55,222 nt of DNA from Acidimicrobiia bacterium (lineage in GTDB: Bacteria; Actinomycetota; Acidimicrobiia; Acidimicrobiales; MedAcidi-G1): positions 1 to 55,222 of the forward strand of contig DQOF01000046.1 in NCBI GenBank assembly GCA_015658775.1. The letters run 5' to 3'. Below, in pieces: positions 1 through 10,546 of the stretch; within the stretch, counting starts at the first letter, position 1; the number at the start of each line of letters is the position of its first letter. The notes under the pieces were generated by a model. The model was not told where the DNA came from. It ran no database searches and worked only from the letters and a program-made list of their open reading frames with translations. The position numbers and the translations under genes were made by a program.

Positions 1-58
1 AGGCGGCGATGCCCCCGGTGACACCGAGGACGATGCGGCGACCGTCTAGTGCGCCCAT
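1..58 (-). CDS. coaBC: Phosphopantothenoylcysteine decarboxylase/synthetase CoaBC (Dfp), N-terminal fragment running off the window
   Basis: Minus-strand ATG at 58..56 reads MGALDGRRIVLGVTGGIAA, the flavoprotein N-terminus typical of CoaBC (LGVTGGIAAYK type). It sits 16 nt after the rpoZ stop, the usual actinobacterial gmk-rpoZ-coaBC order. Only 19 codons are visible. Confidence 0.6.
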   Translation of the reverse strand, partial: MGALDGRRIVLGVTGGIAA

Positions 59-74
59 GAGGGGGATCTGCCGG

Positions 75-413
75 TCAGGCGCTTTCGCCGGCGGGTGACC
101 CGGCCGCCTCGTCGGACCCACCGGCGTCGCCGTCGGCCAACTCGGCCTCGGGGTCCACCTCGGGCTCGTCGGGCGGCTCGATCGGCACGATCTTCTCGGC
201 TGCCAACTCCTCGAAGGCGATCGACAGCGGCTTGACGGCCGTGGACGTGACCTGGGGCGGAATTGACGAACCCAGCCCCTCGCCCAACTGCCCGAAGTAG
301 GAGTTGATCTGGCGGGCGCGCTTGGCGCTCACCGTGACCAGGCGGAACTTGGAATCGGCCAGGTCGAGGAGATCCTCGATCGGCGGGTTGACCATGGTTT
401 CGTAGCGCTGCAC
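75..413 (-). CDS. rpoZ: DNA-directed RNA polymerase subunit omega
   Basis: Contains NPPIEDLLDLADSKFRLVTVSAKRARQINSYFGQLGEG, the RpoZ core. The start is uncertain. GTG at 413 follows GAGGAG by 4 nt. ATG at 395 has no SD. The longest-ORF start at 506 is also GTG and adds an Arg-rich, noncoding-looking extension. Confidence 0.9.
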   Translation of the reverse strand: MQRYETMVNPPIEDLLDLADSKFRLVTVSAKRARQINSYFGQLGEGLGSSIPPQVTSTAVKPLSIAFEELAAEKIVPIEPPDEPEVDPEAELADGDAGGSDEAAGSPAGESA

Positions 414-561
414 TGTGCTCCTCGATGCCCCTCGGGGCCTGGGATACCGGGCGGCCTCCAATGGCGCGGAAGTGCGCCCGGAACTGGCCGTCTGACGGCC
501 CACCACGCTACCAGAGGCGGTTGCCGATACCTCGACGCCGTGCCCGGACGGACCGGCGCAC

Positions 562-1149
562 TCAGCCGACGTCGGGCATCTTGGCGAGCCGTTCTGCGAT
601 CATCGCCGCCACCTCCGCGACGGCGGTCTCGATGTCGTCGTTGACGAGCATCCGGTATCCGATGCGGGCCGCCTCCACCCGTTCCCTGGCCGCCTCGGAG
701 ATGCGGGACGCGGCCCGGTCGGCGCCGTCGCCTCGACCGACGAGGCGGCGATACAACTCGGCATCGCTCGGAGCATCCACGAACACGCAGAGGGCGTCGG
801 CGTGGCGGTCCAGGACCTGTCGACCACCCGCCACGTCTATCTCCAGCAGCAGCACGCGGTCGTCGGCCGGGTCGGGAACCGGGGTGCCGTAGTAGCAGCC
901 CAGGAACTCGTTCCATTCGATGAAGCCGTCGTCGGCCCGCCTGGCCTCGAAGGCGGCCCGGTCGACGAACACGTAGTCGTCGTCGGGGTCGTCGGCCCGA
1001 CGCTCCCGGCTGGTCCACGAGCGACTGAGGCGCAGCGAGCCGTCGGCCTCGACCAGCATGCGGGCGATGGTGCCCTTTCCCGCGCCCCCCGGGCCGGACA
1101 ACACCACGATGAGCGGGCTGGCCGGCCGGCCGCGTTCGGCCACCGGCAC
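562..1149 (-). CDS. gmk: Guanylate kinase
   Basis: P-loop LSGPGGAGKGT, then SRSWTSRERR...DYVFVDRAAFE...GFIEWNEFLGCYYGTP, the Gmk signature. GTG start lies 4 nt after the mihF stop. Confidence 0.93.
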   Translation of the reverse strand: MPVAERGRPASPLIVVLSGPGGAGKGTIARMLVEADGSLRLSRSWTSRERRADDPDDDYVFVDRAAFEARRADDGFIEWNEFLGCYYGTPVPDPADDRVLLLEIDVAGGRQVLDRHADALCVFVDAPSDAELYRRLVGRGDGADRAASRISEAARERVEAARIGYRMLVNDDIETAVAEVAAMIAERLAKMPDVG

Positions 1150-1153
1150 CCGC

Positions 1154-1468
1154 TCAGCCGAAGCGGGCGAGCAGCTCGGCGCGCTGCTGCGACCCCAGGC
1201 CGCGGAGGCGCCGGCTCTCGCTGATGCCGATCTCCTCCATCGTCCGTCGGGCCTTGACCTTGCCCAGCTTGGGAAGCGACTCGAGTGCGGACAGCACCTT
1301 CAACTTGGCGACTATGGGATCGGTGTCGGCCCGGTCCAGCAACTCGGGCATCGTCATGGAACCCATCTTGAGCAGCGCCTTCACCTCGGCACGGACCCTG
1401 CGGGCCTCGGCCGCCTTGAGCAGCGCGGCCCGTCGTTGTTCATCGGTGAGTTGTGGAAGTCCAGCCAT
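1154..1468 (-). CDS. mihF: Actinobacterial integration host factor MihF
   Basis: 104 aa: PQLTDEQRRAALLKAAEARRVRAEVKALLK...VLSALESLPKLGKVKARRTMEEIGISESRRLRGLG, typical mIHF. It has the conserved position upstream of gmk. Confidence 0.88.
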   Translation of the reverse strand: MAGLPQLTDEQRRAALLKAAEARRVRAEVKALLKMGSMTMPELLDRADTDPIVAKLKVLSALESLPKLGKVKARRTMEEIGISESRRLRGLGSQQRAELLARFG

Positions 1469-1519
1469 GGGTCCGGACGTTAGCGGGCGGATCCGGGGCC
1501 GTGGCGTACTCCCGGGTAT

Positions 1520-2260
1520 TCAGCCCAGGAGCGAGTCGACCAGTGCCTCGGCGGCGGCCACCGGATCGTCTGCTGCCGTGACCATCCGACCGATGACGAG
1601 GAGGTCGGCGCCCGCAGCCAGAGCCTCACCGGGACCAGCCACCCTGGACTGGTCGTGCGGGTCGCTGCCAGGCATGCGTATTCCCGGAACTACGCGGACG
1701 AGGCGATCGGCCCACGGCTCGGTGGTGGGCAGGTCCGGTGCTGCGCAGATGATGCCCTCGCAGCCGTTCCGGGCTGCGACCTCGCACCGGGCCTCCAGGT
1801 CGGCGCCGGTGGCCGTCTCGTCGCTGGTGAGCACCGTGACCCCCAGCGCCCCGGGAGTGGGGAGCCCCGCACCGGCGGCCCCCTCGGCCAGGCCGTCCAC
1901 CGCCGCAGCCACCATGGCCGCTCCACCCATGGTGTGCACGGTCATCCAGCGGGCACCCAGCGAGCCGACGACCCGGGCCGCCCGGCCGACCGTGGTGGGG
2001 ATGTCGTGCAGCTTCAGGTCGCAGAACACGTCGAAGCCGTCATCGGCGAAGCCGCCCACGGCATCGGGGCCGGATGCCGAGTAGAGCTCGAGGCCCACCT
2101 TCAGCGTCCCGAAGTACGGACCCAGGAGGCTGACCAGGCGGCGGGCGCCGACCAGGTCGTCCATGTCCAGGGCCAGGGCCAGCCGGGACCGGATCTCGCC
2201 CGGGACACGGCCGGCATTCGATTCGCCGGACACCTCGTGACGGCTCCGGTCATCGGCCAT
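1520..2260 (-). CDS. pyrF: Orotidine 5'-phosphate decarboxylase
   Basis: Contains LALALDMDD...GTLKVGLELY...VFCDLKLHDIPTTV...MTVHTMGG. ATG at 2260 is preceded by GGGAGG with a 5-nt spacer. The longest ORF starts at 2308 and would overlap pyrD by 59 nt. Confidence 0.92.
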   Translation of the reverse strand: MADDRSRHEVSGESNAGRVPGEIRSRLALALDMDDLVGARRLVSLLGPYFGTLKVGLELYSASGPDAVGGFADDGFDVFCDLKLHDIPTTVGRAARVVGSLGARWMTVHTMGGAAMVAAAVDGLAEGAAGAGLPTPGALGVTVLTSDETATGADLEARCEVAARNGCEGIICAAPDLPTTEPWADRLVRVVPGIRMPGSDPHDQSRVAGPGEALAAGADLLVIGRMVTAADDPVAAAEALVDSLLG

Positions 2261-3197
2261 GGGCACCTCCCACCAACTCTGCCACCGAGGCGACGCCCCG
2301 CTGGTCACACCACCGGCCCAGGTCCCGCAGGATCCGGGCGGGCGCCGCCGGATCGGCGAACGTGGCCGTGCCCACCTGGACTGCCGTCGCTCCGGCCAGC
2401 AGGAACTGCACGGCGTCCTCGGCGGCGGCGATCCCGCCGACCCCGATGATGGGCAGGTCCGGATGTGCCTCGTGGGTGTCGTAGACGGCCCTCACCGCCA
2501 CCGGTCGGATTGCCGGGCCGGACAGGCCGCCACGGCCCGCTCCCAGCATCGGTCTCCGCGCCTCGGTGTCGATCACCATGCCCAGTACCGTGTTGGCGAC
2601 CGTGACCGCCTCGGCGCCCGCGGCAACCGCGGCCGCGGCCACCTCGACCAGGTCGGGCGTGTTGGGGCTGAGCTTGGCCCACAGCGGGCGGCGTGCCGCA
2701 GAGGCCGCGTCGACGACCTCGCCGGTGGCCGCCACCGAATGGGCGAACAGCGCACGCCGGTCCTCGAGGTTGGGGCACGAGGCGTTCACCTCGACGGCGA
2801 CCACGACGTCGGGTGCGCCTGCCAGCAACTCCGCCGCCCGTGCGAACTCGTCGACGGTCCGTCCCCAGATGCTGACCACGACCCTCGCGCCGGTGGCGGC
2901 CAGGTCCGGCAGGTCGTGCTGGAGCCACGCCGCCACGCCGGGCCCCTGCAGGCCGACGCTGTTGATCATCCCAGCCGGCGTGGCGTGGACCCGCGGGGCG
3001 GGGTTGCCAGCCCACGGTTCGGCGTGGAGCGACTTGACCACGATCGCACCCAGCGACGCCGTGTCCAGGTGGGCCGCCAACTCCGTTCCGTGTCCGGCCG
3101 TCCCAGAGGCGGTCATCACGGGGTTGGGCAGGGTGACCGACCCGATCCGGGTGGTCAGGTCGACCTTCGGCCCACCGGCAGGCGTTCTGCGTCTCAC
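2250..3197 (-). CDS. pyrD: Dihydroorotate dehydrogenase, class 1 type (catalytic Cys in NASCPN)
   Basis: Contains [15 protein letters not shown]...GAIVVKS...[13 protein letters not shown]...EVNASCPN...[12 protein letters not shown]...IIGVGGI. GTG start at 3197 forms a GTGA overlap with the carB stop. Confidence 0.92.
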   Translation of the reverse strand: MRRRTPAGGPKVDLTTRIGSVTLPNPVMTASGTAGHGTELAAHLDTASLGAIVVKSLHAEPWAGNPAPRVHATPAGMINSVGLQGPGVAAWLQHDLPDLAATGARVVVSIWGRTVDEFARAAELLAGAPDVVVAVEVNASCPNLEDRRALFAHSVAATGEVVDAASAARRPLWAKLSPNTPDLVEVAAAAVAAGAEAVTVANTVLGMVIDTEARRPMLGAGRGGLSGPAIRPVAVRAVYDTHEAHPDLPIIGVGGIAAAEDAVQFLLAGATAVQVGTATFADPAAPARILRDLGRWCDQRGVASVAELVGGAHGR

Positions 3198-6100
3198 GAC
3201 TGTCCAGCCTCCTCGGGTGTGCCGGTCACTCCCCGGTGGTACTCCTGGAGCGTCCTCACCGCCAAGGGGTACCTGTGCCAGTCGGCCAGGCCCCTGGCAG
3301 CGGCAAGGGCGGCCGAGACCGTGGTGAGCAGCGGGATGCCCGCTGCCGCAGCGGCTCCCCTGATGTGCTCCCCGTCGGCACGCGGACCGCGCCCGCGGGG
3401 GCTGTTCACCAGCAGTTGGACGGCACCCGAGGCGATCAGCCCTACGGCATCGGTGCCGTCCTCACCGATCTTGGCCACCGTCTCCCTGACACTGACGCCG
3501 TTGGCCCGCAGATGCCGGGCCGTGCCGCTGGTCGCGACGATCTCGAGCCCCAGGGACTCGAATCCCCTGGCGGCCTCCAACCCGACCTCCTTGTCCCGGT
3601 CGGCCAGCGACAGGAACACCGTGCCGGACTCCGGAAGGCTGCCACCGGCCGCTATCTGCGACTTGGTGAACGCCAGGCCCGTGGTCAGGTCGATGCCCAT
3701 CACCTCGCCGGTCGACCGCATCTCGGGTCCGAGCACCGGGTCGGCGCCCGGGAACCGGTCGAACGGCAGCACCGCCTCCTTGACCGACACGTGGTCTCCG
3801 ACCACCCGCTCGACCAGCAGTCCCTCGGTCCGGAGTTCGGTGAGCGTTGCCCCGAGCATCACCCTGGCGGCGACCTTGGCCAACGGAACGCCCGTTGCCT
3901 TGGCTACGAACGGGACGGTCCGCGATGCGCGGGGGTTGGCCTCGATCACGTAGACCTCGGTGGCCCCGTCCGAGGACTTGACGGCGAACTGCACGTTGAC
4001 GAGGCCGCGCACGTCGAGCGCCTCGGCGATCCGGCGGGTGTGGCCCTCGATCACGCCGACCACCTCGTCACTGAGGTTGGGCGGTGGTATGACGCAGGCG
4101 CTGTCGCCACTGTGGACGCCGGCCTCCTCCACGTGCTCCATGACCGCGCCTATCACCACCTCGCCCGTGTGGTCCCGGACGGCGTCCACGTCGACCTCGG
4201 TGGCGTCCTCCAGGAAGCGGTCTATGAGGACAGGCCTCTCCGACGAGAGACCGCCCTCGATGCCGAGGCTCCCGAACTCGCTCAGCTCGTCCATGGCCAG
4301 GACCAGTTGGGCGTCGTCGTAGACGATCTGCATGGCCCGCCCGCCGAGCACGTAGGACGGTCGCACCAGCACGGGGAATCCGATGCCGTCCACGATGGCC
4401 CTTGCGGCTGCGAGGTCGTAGGCGGTGCCCCCGGGGGGCTGCTGAATTCCGATCTCGGCGCACAGGGCGCTCCACTGCTCGCGGTCCTCGGCCAGGTCGA
4501 TCGACCCCGGGCTGGTGCCGACGACCAGCCCCTCTGGAAGGTCGCCTGCCAGCTTGAGCGGCGTCTGCCCGCCGAAGGCCACGATGATTCCGACGGGCTG
4601 CTCGGCGTCGATGATGTTGGTCACGTCCTCGATCGTGAGCGGCTCGAAGTAGAGCCGGTCGCTGGTGTCGTAGTCGGTGGAGACCGTCTCGGGGTTGCAG
4701 TTGACCATGATCGTCTCGAAGCCGGCGTCCCTCAAGGCGTAGCTGGCGTGGACGCAGCAGTAGTCGAACTCGAGGCCCTGCCCGATCCGGTTCGGCCCGG
4801 ATCCCAGGATCATGACCTTGGGCCGGTCCGAGGGCCGCACCTCGTCCTCGTCCTCCCACGCCGAGTAGTGGTACGGCGTCTCTGCGGCGAACTCGGCGCC
4901 ACACGTGTCGACCGTCTTGAAGGTGGGCAGCACCCCCACGGCCTCACGTGCGGCCCGGGCCTCGCCGTTTCCAACGCCGAAGAGGTACGCCACCTGGGCA
5001 TCGGAGAAGCCCAGCCGCTTCGCCCTCCGCCAGTCGGACCGGGTCAGCCCGCGTATCCCCTCTGATCGGGCGGCGACGGCCTCGAGATGCATGCGTTCCT
5101 CGCTGATGGACAGGATCTGGTCCAGGAACCACGGATCCACCCGGGTGGCCTCGTGGATCCGCCGGATCGTGACTCCCCGACGTAGGAGCGCCTCGATCTG
5201 GAGGATCCGCTCAGGGGTGCCTACCGCAGCCGCAGCCAGCAGGGCATCGTCGTCCAGCCCGTCGAGGGTGGCCTCGGCCGGATCGGCATTCAGCCCGAGC
5301 CGGCCGTTCTCCAACGAACGCATCGCCTTCTGCAGGGACTCCGGGAAGGTACGGCCGATCGCCATGACCTCGCCCACCGACTGCATGGACGTGTTCAGGA
5401 CACCGGTCGTGCCGGGGAACTTCTCGAACGCCCACCGCGGAACCTTCGTCACGACGTAGTCGATGGTCGGCTCGAACGCCGCCGGCGTCATCTCGGTTAT
5501 GTCGTTCGGGATCTCGTCGAGGGTGTAGCCGACCGCCAGGCGTGCGGCGATCTTGGCTATCGGGAAGCCGGTGGCCTTGGAGGCCAGCGCCGACGAGCGG
5601 CTGACCCGCGGGTTCATCTCGATGATGACCTGCTCGCCGGTCTCGGGATCGACGGCGAACTGCACGTTGGAGCCACCTGTCTCGACGCCCACGCGGCGCA
5701 GGCATGCGAAGGCTGCGTCGCGCATGGCCTGGTACTCGACGTCGGTGAGGGTCTGGGCCGGGGCGACGGTGATCGAGTCGCCGGTGTGGATGCCCATGGG
5801 GTCGACGTTCTCGATCGAGCAGACCACGACGCAGTTGTCGGCCCGGTCGCGCATGACCTCGAGCTCGTACTCCTTCCAACCTGCGATCGACCTCTCTATG
5901 AGGATCTCGCCGATCGGGCTGGCATCGATGCCGGCCGACGCCACCCGCCTGAACCCGTCACCGGTCGAGGCGATGCCGGTTCCCCGCCCACCCAGGATGT
6001 AGGCCGGCCGGACCACCACCGGCAGGCCGATGTCGGCGACGACCCCGAGGGCCTCGTCGAGGCTGTGGGCGACTCCCGACGGTGGCACGCCCAGGCCGAT

Positions 6101-6514
6101 CTCCTGCATGGCGTCCTTGAACGTGGCCCGGTCCTCGGCAGTGGCTATGGCAGCGGCGTCGGCGCCTATGAGCTCGACGCCGTACTCCTCGAGGACACCT
6201 GCCTCGACGAGTTCCATCGCCAGGTTGAGTGCCGTCTGGCCTCCCATTGTCGGGAGTAGGGCGTCGGGCCGCTCCCTCTGGATGATGCGGGTCAACACGT
6301 CGAGGCGCAGCGGCTCTATGTAGGTGGCGTCGGCGAACTCGGGATCGGTCATGATCGTGGCCGGGTTGGAGTTGGCCAGGATCACCCGGTAGCCCTCCTC
6401 CCGGAGCACCTGGCAGGCCTGGGTGCCCGAATAGTCGAATTCACAGGCCTGGCCGATCACGATCGGCCCCGAACCGATCAGGAGGATGCTCGTGATGTCG
6501 TCGCGGCGGGGCAT
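3194..6514 (-). CDS. carB: Carbamoyl-phosphate synthase large subunit
   Basis: 1106 aa with duplicated ATP-grasp halves ([24 protein letters not shown]... and [24 protein letters not shown]...) and a C-terminal MGS-like domain. Confidence 0.98.
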   Translation of the reverse strand: MPRRDDITSILLIGSGPIVIGQACEFDYSGTQACQVLREEGYRVILANSNPATIMTDPEFADATYIEPLRLDVLTRIIQRERPDALLPTMGGQTALNLAMELVEAGVLEEYGVELIGADAAAIATAEDRATFKDAMQEIGLGVPPSGVAHSLDEALGVVADIGLPVVVRPAYILGGRGTGIASTGDGFRRVASAGIDASPIGEILIERSIAGWKEYELEVMRDRADNCVVVCSIENVDPMGIHTGDSITVAPAQTLTDVEYQAMRDAAFACLRRVGVETGGSNVQFAVDPETGEQVIIEMNPRVSRSSALASKATGFPIAKIAARLAVGYTLDEIPNDITEMTPAAFEPTIDYVVTKVPRWAFEKFPGTTGVLNTSMQSVGEVMAIGRTFPESLQKAMRSLENGRLGLNADPAEATLDGLDDDALLAAAAVGTPERILQIEALLRRGVTIRRIHEATRVDPWFLDQILSISEERMHLEAVAARSEGIRGLTRSDWRRAKRLGFSDAQVAYLFGVGNGEARAAREAVGVLPTFKTVDTCGAEFAAETPYHYSAWEDEDEVRPSDRPKVMILGSGPNRIGQGLEFDYCCVHASYALRDAGFETIMVNCNPETVSTDYDTSDRLYFEPLTIEDVTNIIDAEQPVGIIVAFGGQTPLKLAGDLPEGLVVGTSPGSIDLAEDREQWSALCAEIGIQQPPGGTAYDLAAARAIVDGIGFPVLVRPSYVLGGRAMQIVYDDAQLVLAMDELSEFGSLGIEGGLSSERPVLIDRFLEDATEVDVDAVRDHTGEVVIGAVMEHVEEAGVHSGDSACVIPPPNLSDEVVGVIEGHTRRIAEALDVRGLVNVQFAVKSSDGATEVYVIEANPRASRTVPFVAKATGVPLAKVAARVMLGATLTELRTEGLLVERVVGDHVSVKEAVLPFDRFPGADPVLGPEMRSTGEVMGIDLTTGLAFTKSQIAAGGSLPESGTVFLSLADRDKEVGLEAARGFESLGLEIVATSGTARHLRANGVSVRETVAKIGEDGTDAVGLIASGAVQLLVNSPRGRGPRADGEHIRGAAAAAGIPLLTTVSAALAAARGLADWHRYPLAVRTLQEYHRGVTGTPEEAGQS

Positions 6515-7641
6515 CAGACCCCACCTCCGGCGCCCGGGGCGCCACCAGCCGACGCCATCATTCGGTCGAACTCGGCGAACAGGTAGCGGCTGTCGTGGGG
6601 ACCGGGGCCAGCCTCGGGGTGGTACTGGACGCTGAACGCCTGTACGTCACGGAATGTGATTCCCTCCACCGTCTGGTCGTTGAGGTTCACGTGCGTCAGG
6701 TCGGCCGAGGGAATCGAGCCGTCGGCTACGCAGTAGTTGTGGTTCTGGCTGGTGATCTCGACACGGCCGGTGGCCAGGTTCCGCACAGGATGGTTTCCAC
6801 CGTGGTGCCCGAACGGGAGCTTGAAGGTCTCCCCACCGACGGCGCCCGCGAGCAGTTGGTGGCCGAGGCAGATGCCGAACACCGGCACCTCGCCAAGCAG
6901 GTCGGCTATGGCGCTGCGGATTCCGTCGAGCGGCGCCGGATCACCGGGCCCGTTCGACAGGAACACCCCGTCGGGTCGCATGGCGAGCACCTCGGAGGCG
7001 GGCGTGCGGGCGGGCACCACGGTCACCTCACCGAGGCCCGATAGGTGCCGCAGGATGGTGGCCTTGATGCCGAAGTCGTATGCGACCATCCGGCGGCCGC
7101 CACCGGTCGACGGCACCACGTACGGGGCTGCGCAGGTCACCTCGGCCACCATGTCGACGCCGTCGGTGCCTGGCTCGCCGATCGCCGCAGCCAGCAGGGT
7201 GGCATTATCGGCCGTGCCGAACGCACCCGGCATGGCGCCCTCGTCGCGCAGGTGGCGGGTGAGGCGCCTGGTGTCTATCCCGGCTATGCCCGGAACCCCG
7301 TGGGCGGCCAGCAGGCCGTCTAGGCCGCCGGTCGCCCGCCAGTTGCTGTGGCGCCGGGAGAGCTCGCGTACGACCACGCCCCGACAGAAGGGCCGACGAC
7401 TCTCGTGGTCGTCGGGGTTGACGCCGTAGTTGCCGATATGGGGGTAGGTGAAGGTGATGATCTGGCCGGCGTAGGAGGGGTCCGTCACGACCTCCTGATA
7501 GCCCGACAGGACGGTGTTGAACACGACCTCACCGGTCGCCACCCCGTCGGTGGCAGGCGCTCCGATCGCCTCCCCCTCGAACACCGACCCGTCGGCCAGG
7601 ACCAGGTGGGCTTCGACGGGCACGGTCCGCACGCCGCTCAA
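6514..7641 (-). CDS. carA: Carbamoyl-phosphate synthase small (glutaminase) subunit
   Basis: Contains [15 protein letters not shown]...EVVFNT...GYQE..TDPSY.GQI..FTYP.IGNYG and GICLGHQLL with HHGGNHPV (triad glutaminase). TTG start at 7641 (TTGA with the pyrC stop); GTG at 7632 is an alternative. Confidence 0.96.
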   Translation of the reverse strand: MSGVRTVPVEAHLVLADGSVFEGEAIGAPATDGVATGEVVFNTVLSGYQEVVTDPSYAGQIITFTYPHIGNYGVNPDDHESRRPFCRGVVVRELSRRHSNWRATGGLDGLLAAHGVPGIAGIDTRRLTRHLRDEGAMPGAFGTADNATLLAAAIGEPGTDGVDMVAEVTCAAPYVVPSTGGGRRMVAYDFGIKATILRHLSGLGEVTVVPARTPASEVLAMRPDGVFLSNGPGDPAPLDGIRSAIADLLGEVPVFGICLGHQLLAGAVGGETFKLPFGHHGGNHPVRNLATGRVEITSQNHNYCVADGSIPSADLTHVNLNDQTVEGITFRDVQAFSVQYHPEAGPGPHDSRYLFAEFDRMMASAGGAPGAGGGV

Positions 7642-8930
7642 CGACGGGCCTCACCATCTACCACGACCGGCACGCCGGACCGGATGGTGTGGCGGACCCT
7701 CCCCCTCAGCGTGCGACCCTCGTACGGGGTGTTGGAACTGAGGCTGGCCATGGCCCGGCCGGACACCGTCCATGTCTGGTCCGGGTCGATCACGCAGATG
7801 TTCGCCGGGGCGCCCGGCGCAATCGGTACCCCGTGCCTGTCGGCGATTCCGGCGATCGCTGCCGGTCGCCACGACATGAGCGCCAGCACCTCGGGCAGAT
7901 CGAGGCCCGACTCCTCGAGGGACAGGGAGAGGGCCGTCTCCAACCCCAGCATCCCCGGAGGCGCCGTGTCGAACGGCCGCTCCTTGGCGTGGTCGGCGTG
8001 CGGGGCGTGGTCGGTGGCTATGGCGTCGATGGTGCCGTCGGCCAGCCCGGCTCGAACGGCGGCCACATCGACATCGGTCCGCAGCGGCGGGTGGACCTTG
8101 AACACCGGGTCGTACGACGCGCAGGCTGCATCGGTGAGCGTGAAGTGGTGGGTGGTGGCCTCGGACGTGACGGGAAGGCCGGCGGCCTTCGCCCCCCGGA
8201 CCATCGCCACCGAGGCGGCCGTCGACAGGTGCTGGAAGTGCATCCGTGCACCGGTGAGGCGCACCAGGGCGATGTCGCGCATCACCATCAGCTCCTCGGC
8301 CTCGGCAGGCTGTCCGGGGATGCCCAGCCGCGACGACCAGGCTCCCTCGTGCATGAACCCGCCCTCGGAGAGCGTTGACACCTCGCAGTGCTGGGCCAAC
8401 ACCACCGGTCGCCCGAGTCGGGCCGTGAGACCGGTGCTGTACTCCATGATCCGGCGCATCAGGCGCGGATCCTGGAGGCCTGTCCCGTCGTCGGTGAAGA
8501 TTCCGACGCCGTGGTCGACCAGCTCCCCCATCGGCGCCATGTCGACGCCCCGGCGGCCGACTGTCATGGCGGCCGTGGGCACGATCTCGCACATGGACCT
8601 GCTTCCCAGGGCCCGTACCTGCTCGACTACGGCGGCACAGTCGGTGACAGGATCGGTGTTGGGCATTGCCACCAGGGCGGTGTACCCGCCCAGGGCGCCG
8701 CCCCGTGCACCGGTCTGGATGGTCTCGGCATCCTCCTGGCCGGGCTCGCGCAGGTGTACGTGGAGGTCGACGAATCCGGGTGACACCACGCAACCCGATG
8801 CGTCGAGTTGGACGTCGCCCGTGAGCCCGGTTCCGACGGCGGCGATCAGGCCGTCGTCGCCGATCTCGACGTCGATGAGGCGTTCTCCCCCGCTGTCGAC
8901 GACCCGGCCTCCGCGCAGTACGACGGTCAT
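7638..8930 (-). CDS. pyrC: Dihydroorotase
   Basis: From ATG 8930 (ATGA overlap with the pyrB stop): MTVVLRGGRVVD...PGFVDLHVHLREPG..., ...ATDHAPH..., amidohydrolase metal motifs. The listed 556-aa ORF is an upstream extension through pyrB. Confidence 0.94.
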   Translation of the reverse strand: MTVVLRGGRVVDSGGERLIDVEIGDDGLIAAVGTGLTGDVQLDASGCVVSPGFVDLHVHLREPGQEDAETIQTGARGGALGGYTALVAMPNTDPVTDCAAVVEQVRALGSRSMCEIVPTAAMTVGRRGVDMAPMGELVDHGVGIFTDDGTGLQDPRLMRRIMEYSTGLTARLGRPVVLAQHCEVSTLSEGGFMHEGAWSSRLGIPGQPAEAEELMVMRDIALVRLTGARMHFQHLSTAASVAMVRGAKAAGLPVTSEATTHHFTLTDAACASYDPVFKVHPPLRTDVDVAAVRAGLADGTIDAIATDHAPHADHAKERPFDTAPPGMLGLETALSLSLEESGLDLPEVLALMSWRPAAIAGIADRHGVPIAPGAPANICVIDPDQTWTVSGRAMASLSSNTPYEGRTLRGRVRHTIRSGVPVVVDGEARR

Positions 8931-9931
8931 GGGCCGGGTGCCTCTTCGTCTGGTAGTTCGTCCCGCACGCCATCCGGGACCAGGTCCCTGCCGGAGCCGA
9001 GCAGCAGGAACAGCACGGCCATGCGCAGCGACACGCCGTTGGCCACCTGGTCCAGGATCAACGACCGGTGGTCGGCGGCCACCTCGGATGTCAACTCGAC
9101 CCCCAGGTTGGTCGGCCCGGGATGCAGGATGAGGGCATCGTCGGGCAGGCGGGAGGCCCGGCGGGCATCCAGGCCGAAGTCGGCCGCGTACTCCCGGATG
9201 GAGGGGATGAGGCCCTCGGAGATCCGCTCGCGCTGGAGCCGCAACAGGTAGCAGGCGTCCAGGTCCGGCAGCGAGGCGTCGAGGTCGTGGGTGACGGTGA
9301 CCGGCCAACCCTCTGTCGAGGGAGGCAGCAGCGTCGGCGGGGCGATGAGCAACACCTCGGCTCCGAGCAGGGTGAAGGCCAGGACGTTGGACCGGGCGAC
9401 CCTTGAGTGCCTGATGTCGCCGACTATGCCTATCCGCATGCCGTCCAAGTCTCCCCGTGCCTCCCGCAGCGTGTAGCAGTCGAGCAGGGCCTGGGTGGGG
9501 TGTTCATGGCATCCGTCTCCGGCGTTGATGACCGCGGCGTCCGTCCAGCCGGCCAGCCTGTGGGCGGTGCCGGCCATGGCGTGGCGGACGACTATGGCGT
9601 CGGCGCCGTAGGAGCCGATGACCTCGACGGTGTCGCGCAGGCTCTCGCCCTTGCTGAGCGACGAGGAGCCGGATGTGAAGGTCATGGTGTCGGCCGAGAG
9701 GCGCCTGGCGGCGGTCTCGAACGAGAGGCGGGTACGGGTGGAGTTCTCGAAGAAAAGCGACGCCACGGTGCGGCCCCGCAGGGCCGGCACCTTGGGGATG
9801 GTCCGGCGTCCGACCTCGGCGAACGTGTCGGTGAGGTCCAGGATCTCCTCGAGGTCGTCACGCGACATGCCGTCGATGCCGAGCAGGTGTCGGCTCGGAA
9901 CGGGCCGGGCTGAGGCCACTGCGCTGCTCAC
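8927..9931 (-). CDS. pyrB: Aspartate carbamoyltransferase catalytic subunit
   Basis: Contains HLLGIDG.S.DDL..IL......LRGRTVASLFFENSTRTRLSFE.AA..L, HEHPTQALLD, and LHPGP. GTG start forms GTGA with the pyrR stop. Confidence 0.96.
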   Translation of the reverse strand: MSSAVASARPVPSRHLLGIDGMSRDDLEEILDLTDTFAEVGRRTIPKVPALRGRTVASLFFENSTRTRLSFETAARRLSADTMTFTSGSSSLSKGESLRDTVEVIGSYGADAIVVRHAMAGTAHRLAGWTDAAVINAGDGCHEHPTQALLDCYTLREARGDLDGMRIGIVGDIRHSRVARSNVLAFTLLGAEVLLIAPPTLLPPSTEGWPVTVTHDLDASLPDLDACYLLRLQRERISEGLIPSIREYAADFGLDARRASRLPDDALILHPGPTNLGVELTSEVAADHRSLILDQVANGVSLRMAVLFLLLGSGRDLVPDGVRDELPDEEAPGP

Positions 9932-10494
9932 TTCTGCATCATCCCCAGGTCGACCCCGGTGGCGTGTACGTCCACCACCTCGTCGCGCCTGGTCGGCAGG
10001 TTCTTGCCCACGTAGTCGGGGCGGATGGGAAGCTCGCGGTGCCCGCGGTCGACCACGACAGCCAACTGCACGGACCGCGGGCGGCCGTAGTCGCAGACGG
10101 CGTCCAGCGCAGCCCTGATGGTGCGCCCGGTGAACAGGACGTCGTCGACCAGGACGATGATCCGGCCGTCGATGTCGGACGGCAGGTCGGTCACCGCTTC
10201 GGGAACGACGGGCCGCAGGCCGATGTCGTCGCGGTAGAGGGCCACGTCGAGGCTTCCCAGGGGGGTCCTGATTCCCTCGATGTCCTCGAGTGCGTCGACG
10301 AGCCGTTCGGCCACGGGAACGCCGCCGGTCTGGAGGCCCACCACCACGACGTCTTCGAGGCCCTGGTTCCGCTCGATGACCTCGTGGGCCATCCGCCGGA
10401 TCGCCCGTCCCATATCGTCTGCGGTCATGATCCGGGCGTGGGCCACGAAAACGCCCCCGAACGGGGGCGTCTGGCTTCGTTCTCGCTTGGCCAT
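9928..10494 (-). CDS. pyrR: Bifunctional pyr operon regulator / uracil phosphoribosyltransferase PyrR
   Basis: Contains MTADDMGRAIRRMAHEVIERN...VVVGLQTGGVPVAERL...ALYRDD...IIVLVDDVLFTGRTIRAALDA (PRPP motif). ATG at 10494 is preceded by GAGGAG. The longest-ORF start at 10590 lies in the leader. Confidence 0.92.
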   Translation of the reverse strand: MAKRERSQTPPFGGVFVAHARIMTADDMGRAIRRMAHEVIERNQGLEDVVVVGLQTGGVPVAERLVDALEDIEGIRTPLGSLDVALYRDDIGLRPVVPEAVTDLPSDIDGRIIVLVDDVLFTGRTIRAALDAVCDYGRPRSVQLAVVVDRGHRELPIRPDYVGKNLPTRRDEVVDVHATGVDLGMMQK

Positions 10495-10508
10495 GGGCCT
10501 GTGCTCCT

Positions 10509-10546
10509 CGATCCGTATGGGCCTCACGGGACCCGCTTCACGGTCG
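10509..10546 (-). promoter_or_regulatory. Candidate PyrR-binding RNA hairpin in the pyrR 5' leader, abutting the SD
   Basis: Minus-strand RNA is CGACCGUGAAGCGGGUCCCGUGAGGCCCAUACGGAUCG. The outer stem is CGACCGU/ACGGAUCG and the inner stem GGG/CCC. The motif GGUCCCGUGAGGCC resembles the published PyrR box ARUCCAGAGAGGYU (10/14 by eye). The SD GAGGAG (10509..10504) starts at the 3' foot of the stem, 9 nt before the ATG. Confidence 0.45.

Noticed and set aside
396-561. 166-nt apparent gap between gmk and rpoZ, with a hairpin (GUGCGCCGGUCCGUCCGGGCAC, 562..541) right after the gmk stop. This could be an attenuator or small RNA.
   Set aside because: The gap shrinks or disappears if rpoZ starts at GTG 413 or GTG 506. 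The hairpin has a bulge and no U-tract. The evidence is insufficient.
2259-3953. 564-aa plus-strand ORF, along with similar long plus-strand ORFs at 3236..5065, 7348..9132, 27993..29279, 29408..30931, 36086..38176, 49235..50713, 50772..52100 and 52337..53698.
   Set aside because: All lie antisense to strongly recognisable minus-strand genes (pyrD/carB, pyrC, rel/secF, secD, pdxS, manB, GT2, GT-C). Their translations are Arg/Pro/Gly/Ala-rich low-complexity strings with no family motifs. This is the usual stop-codon-poor shadow frame of high-GC DNA.
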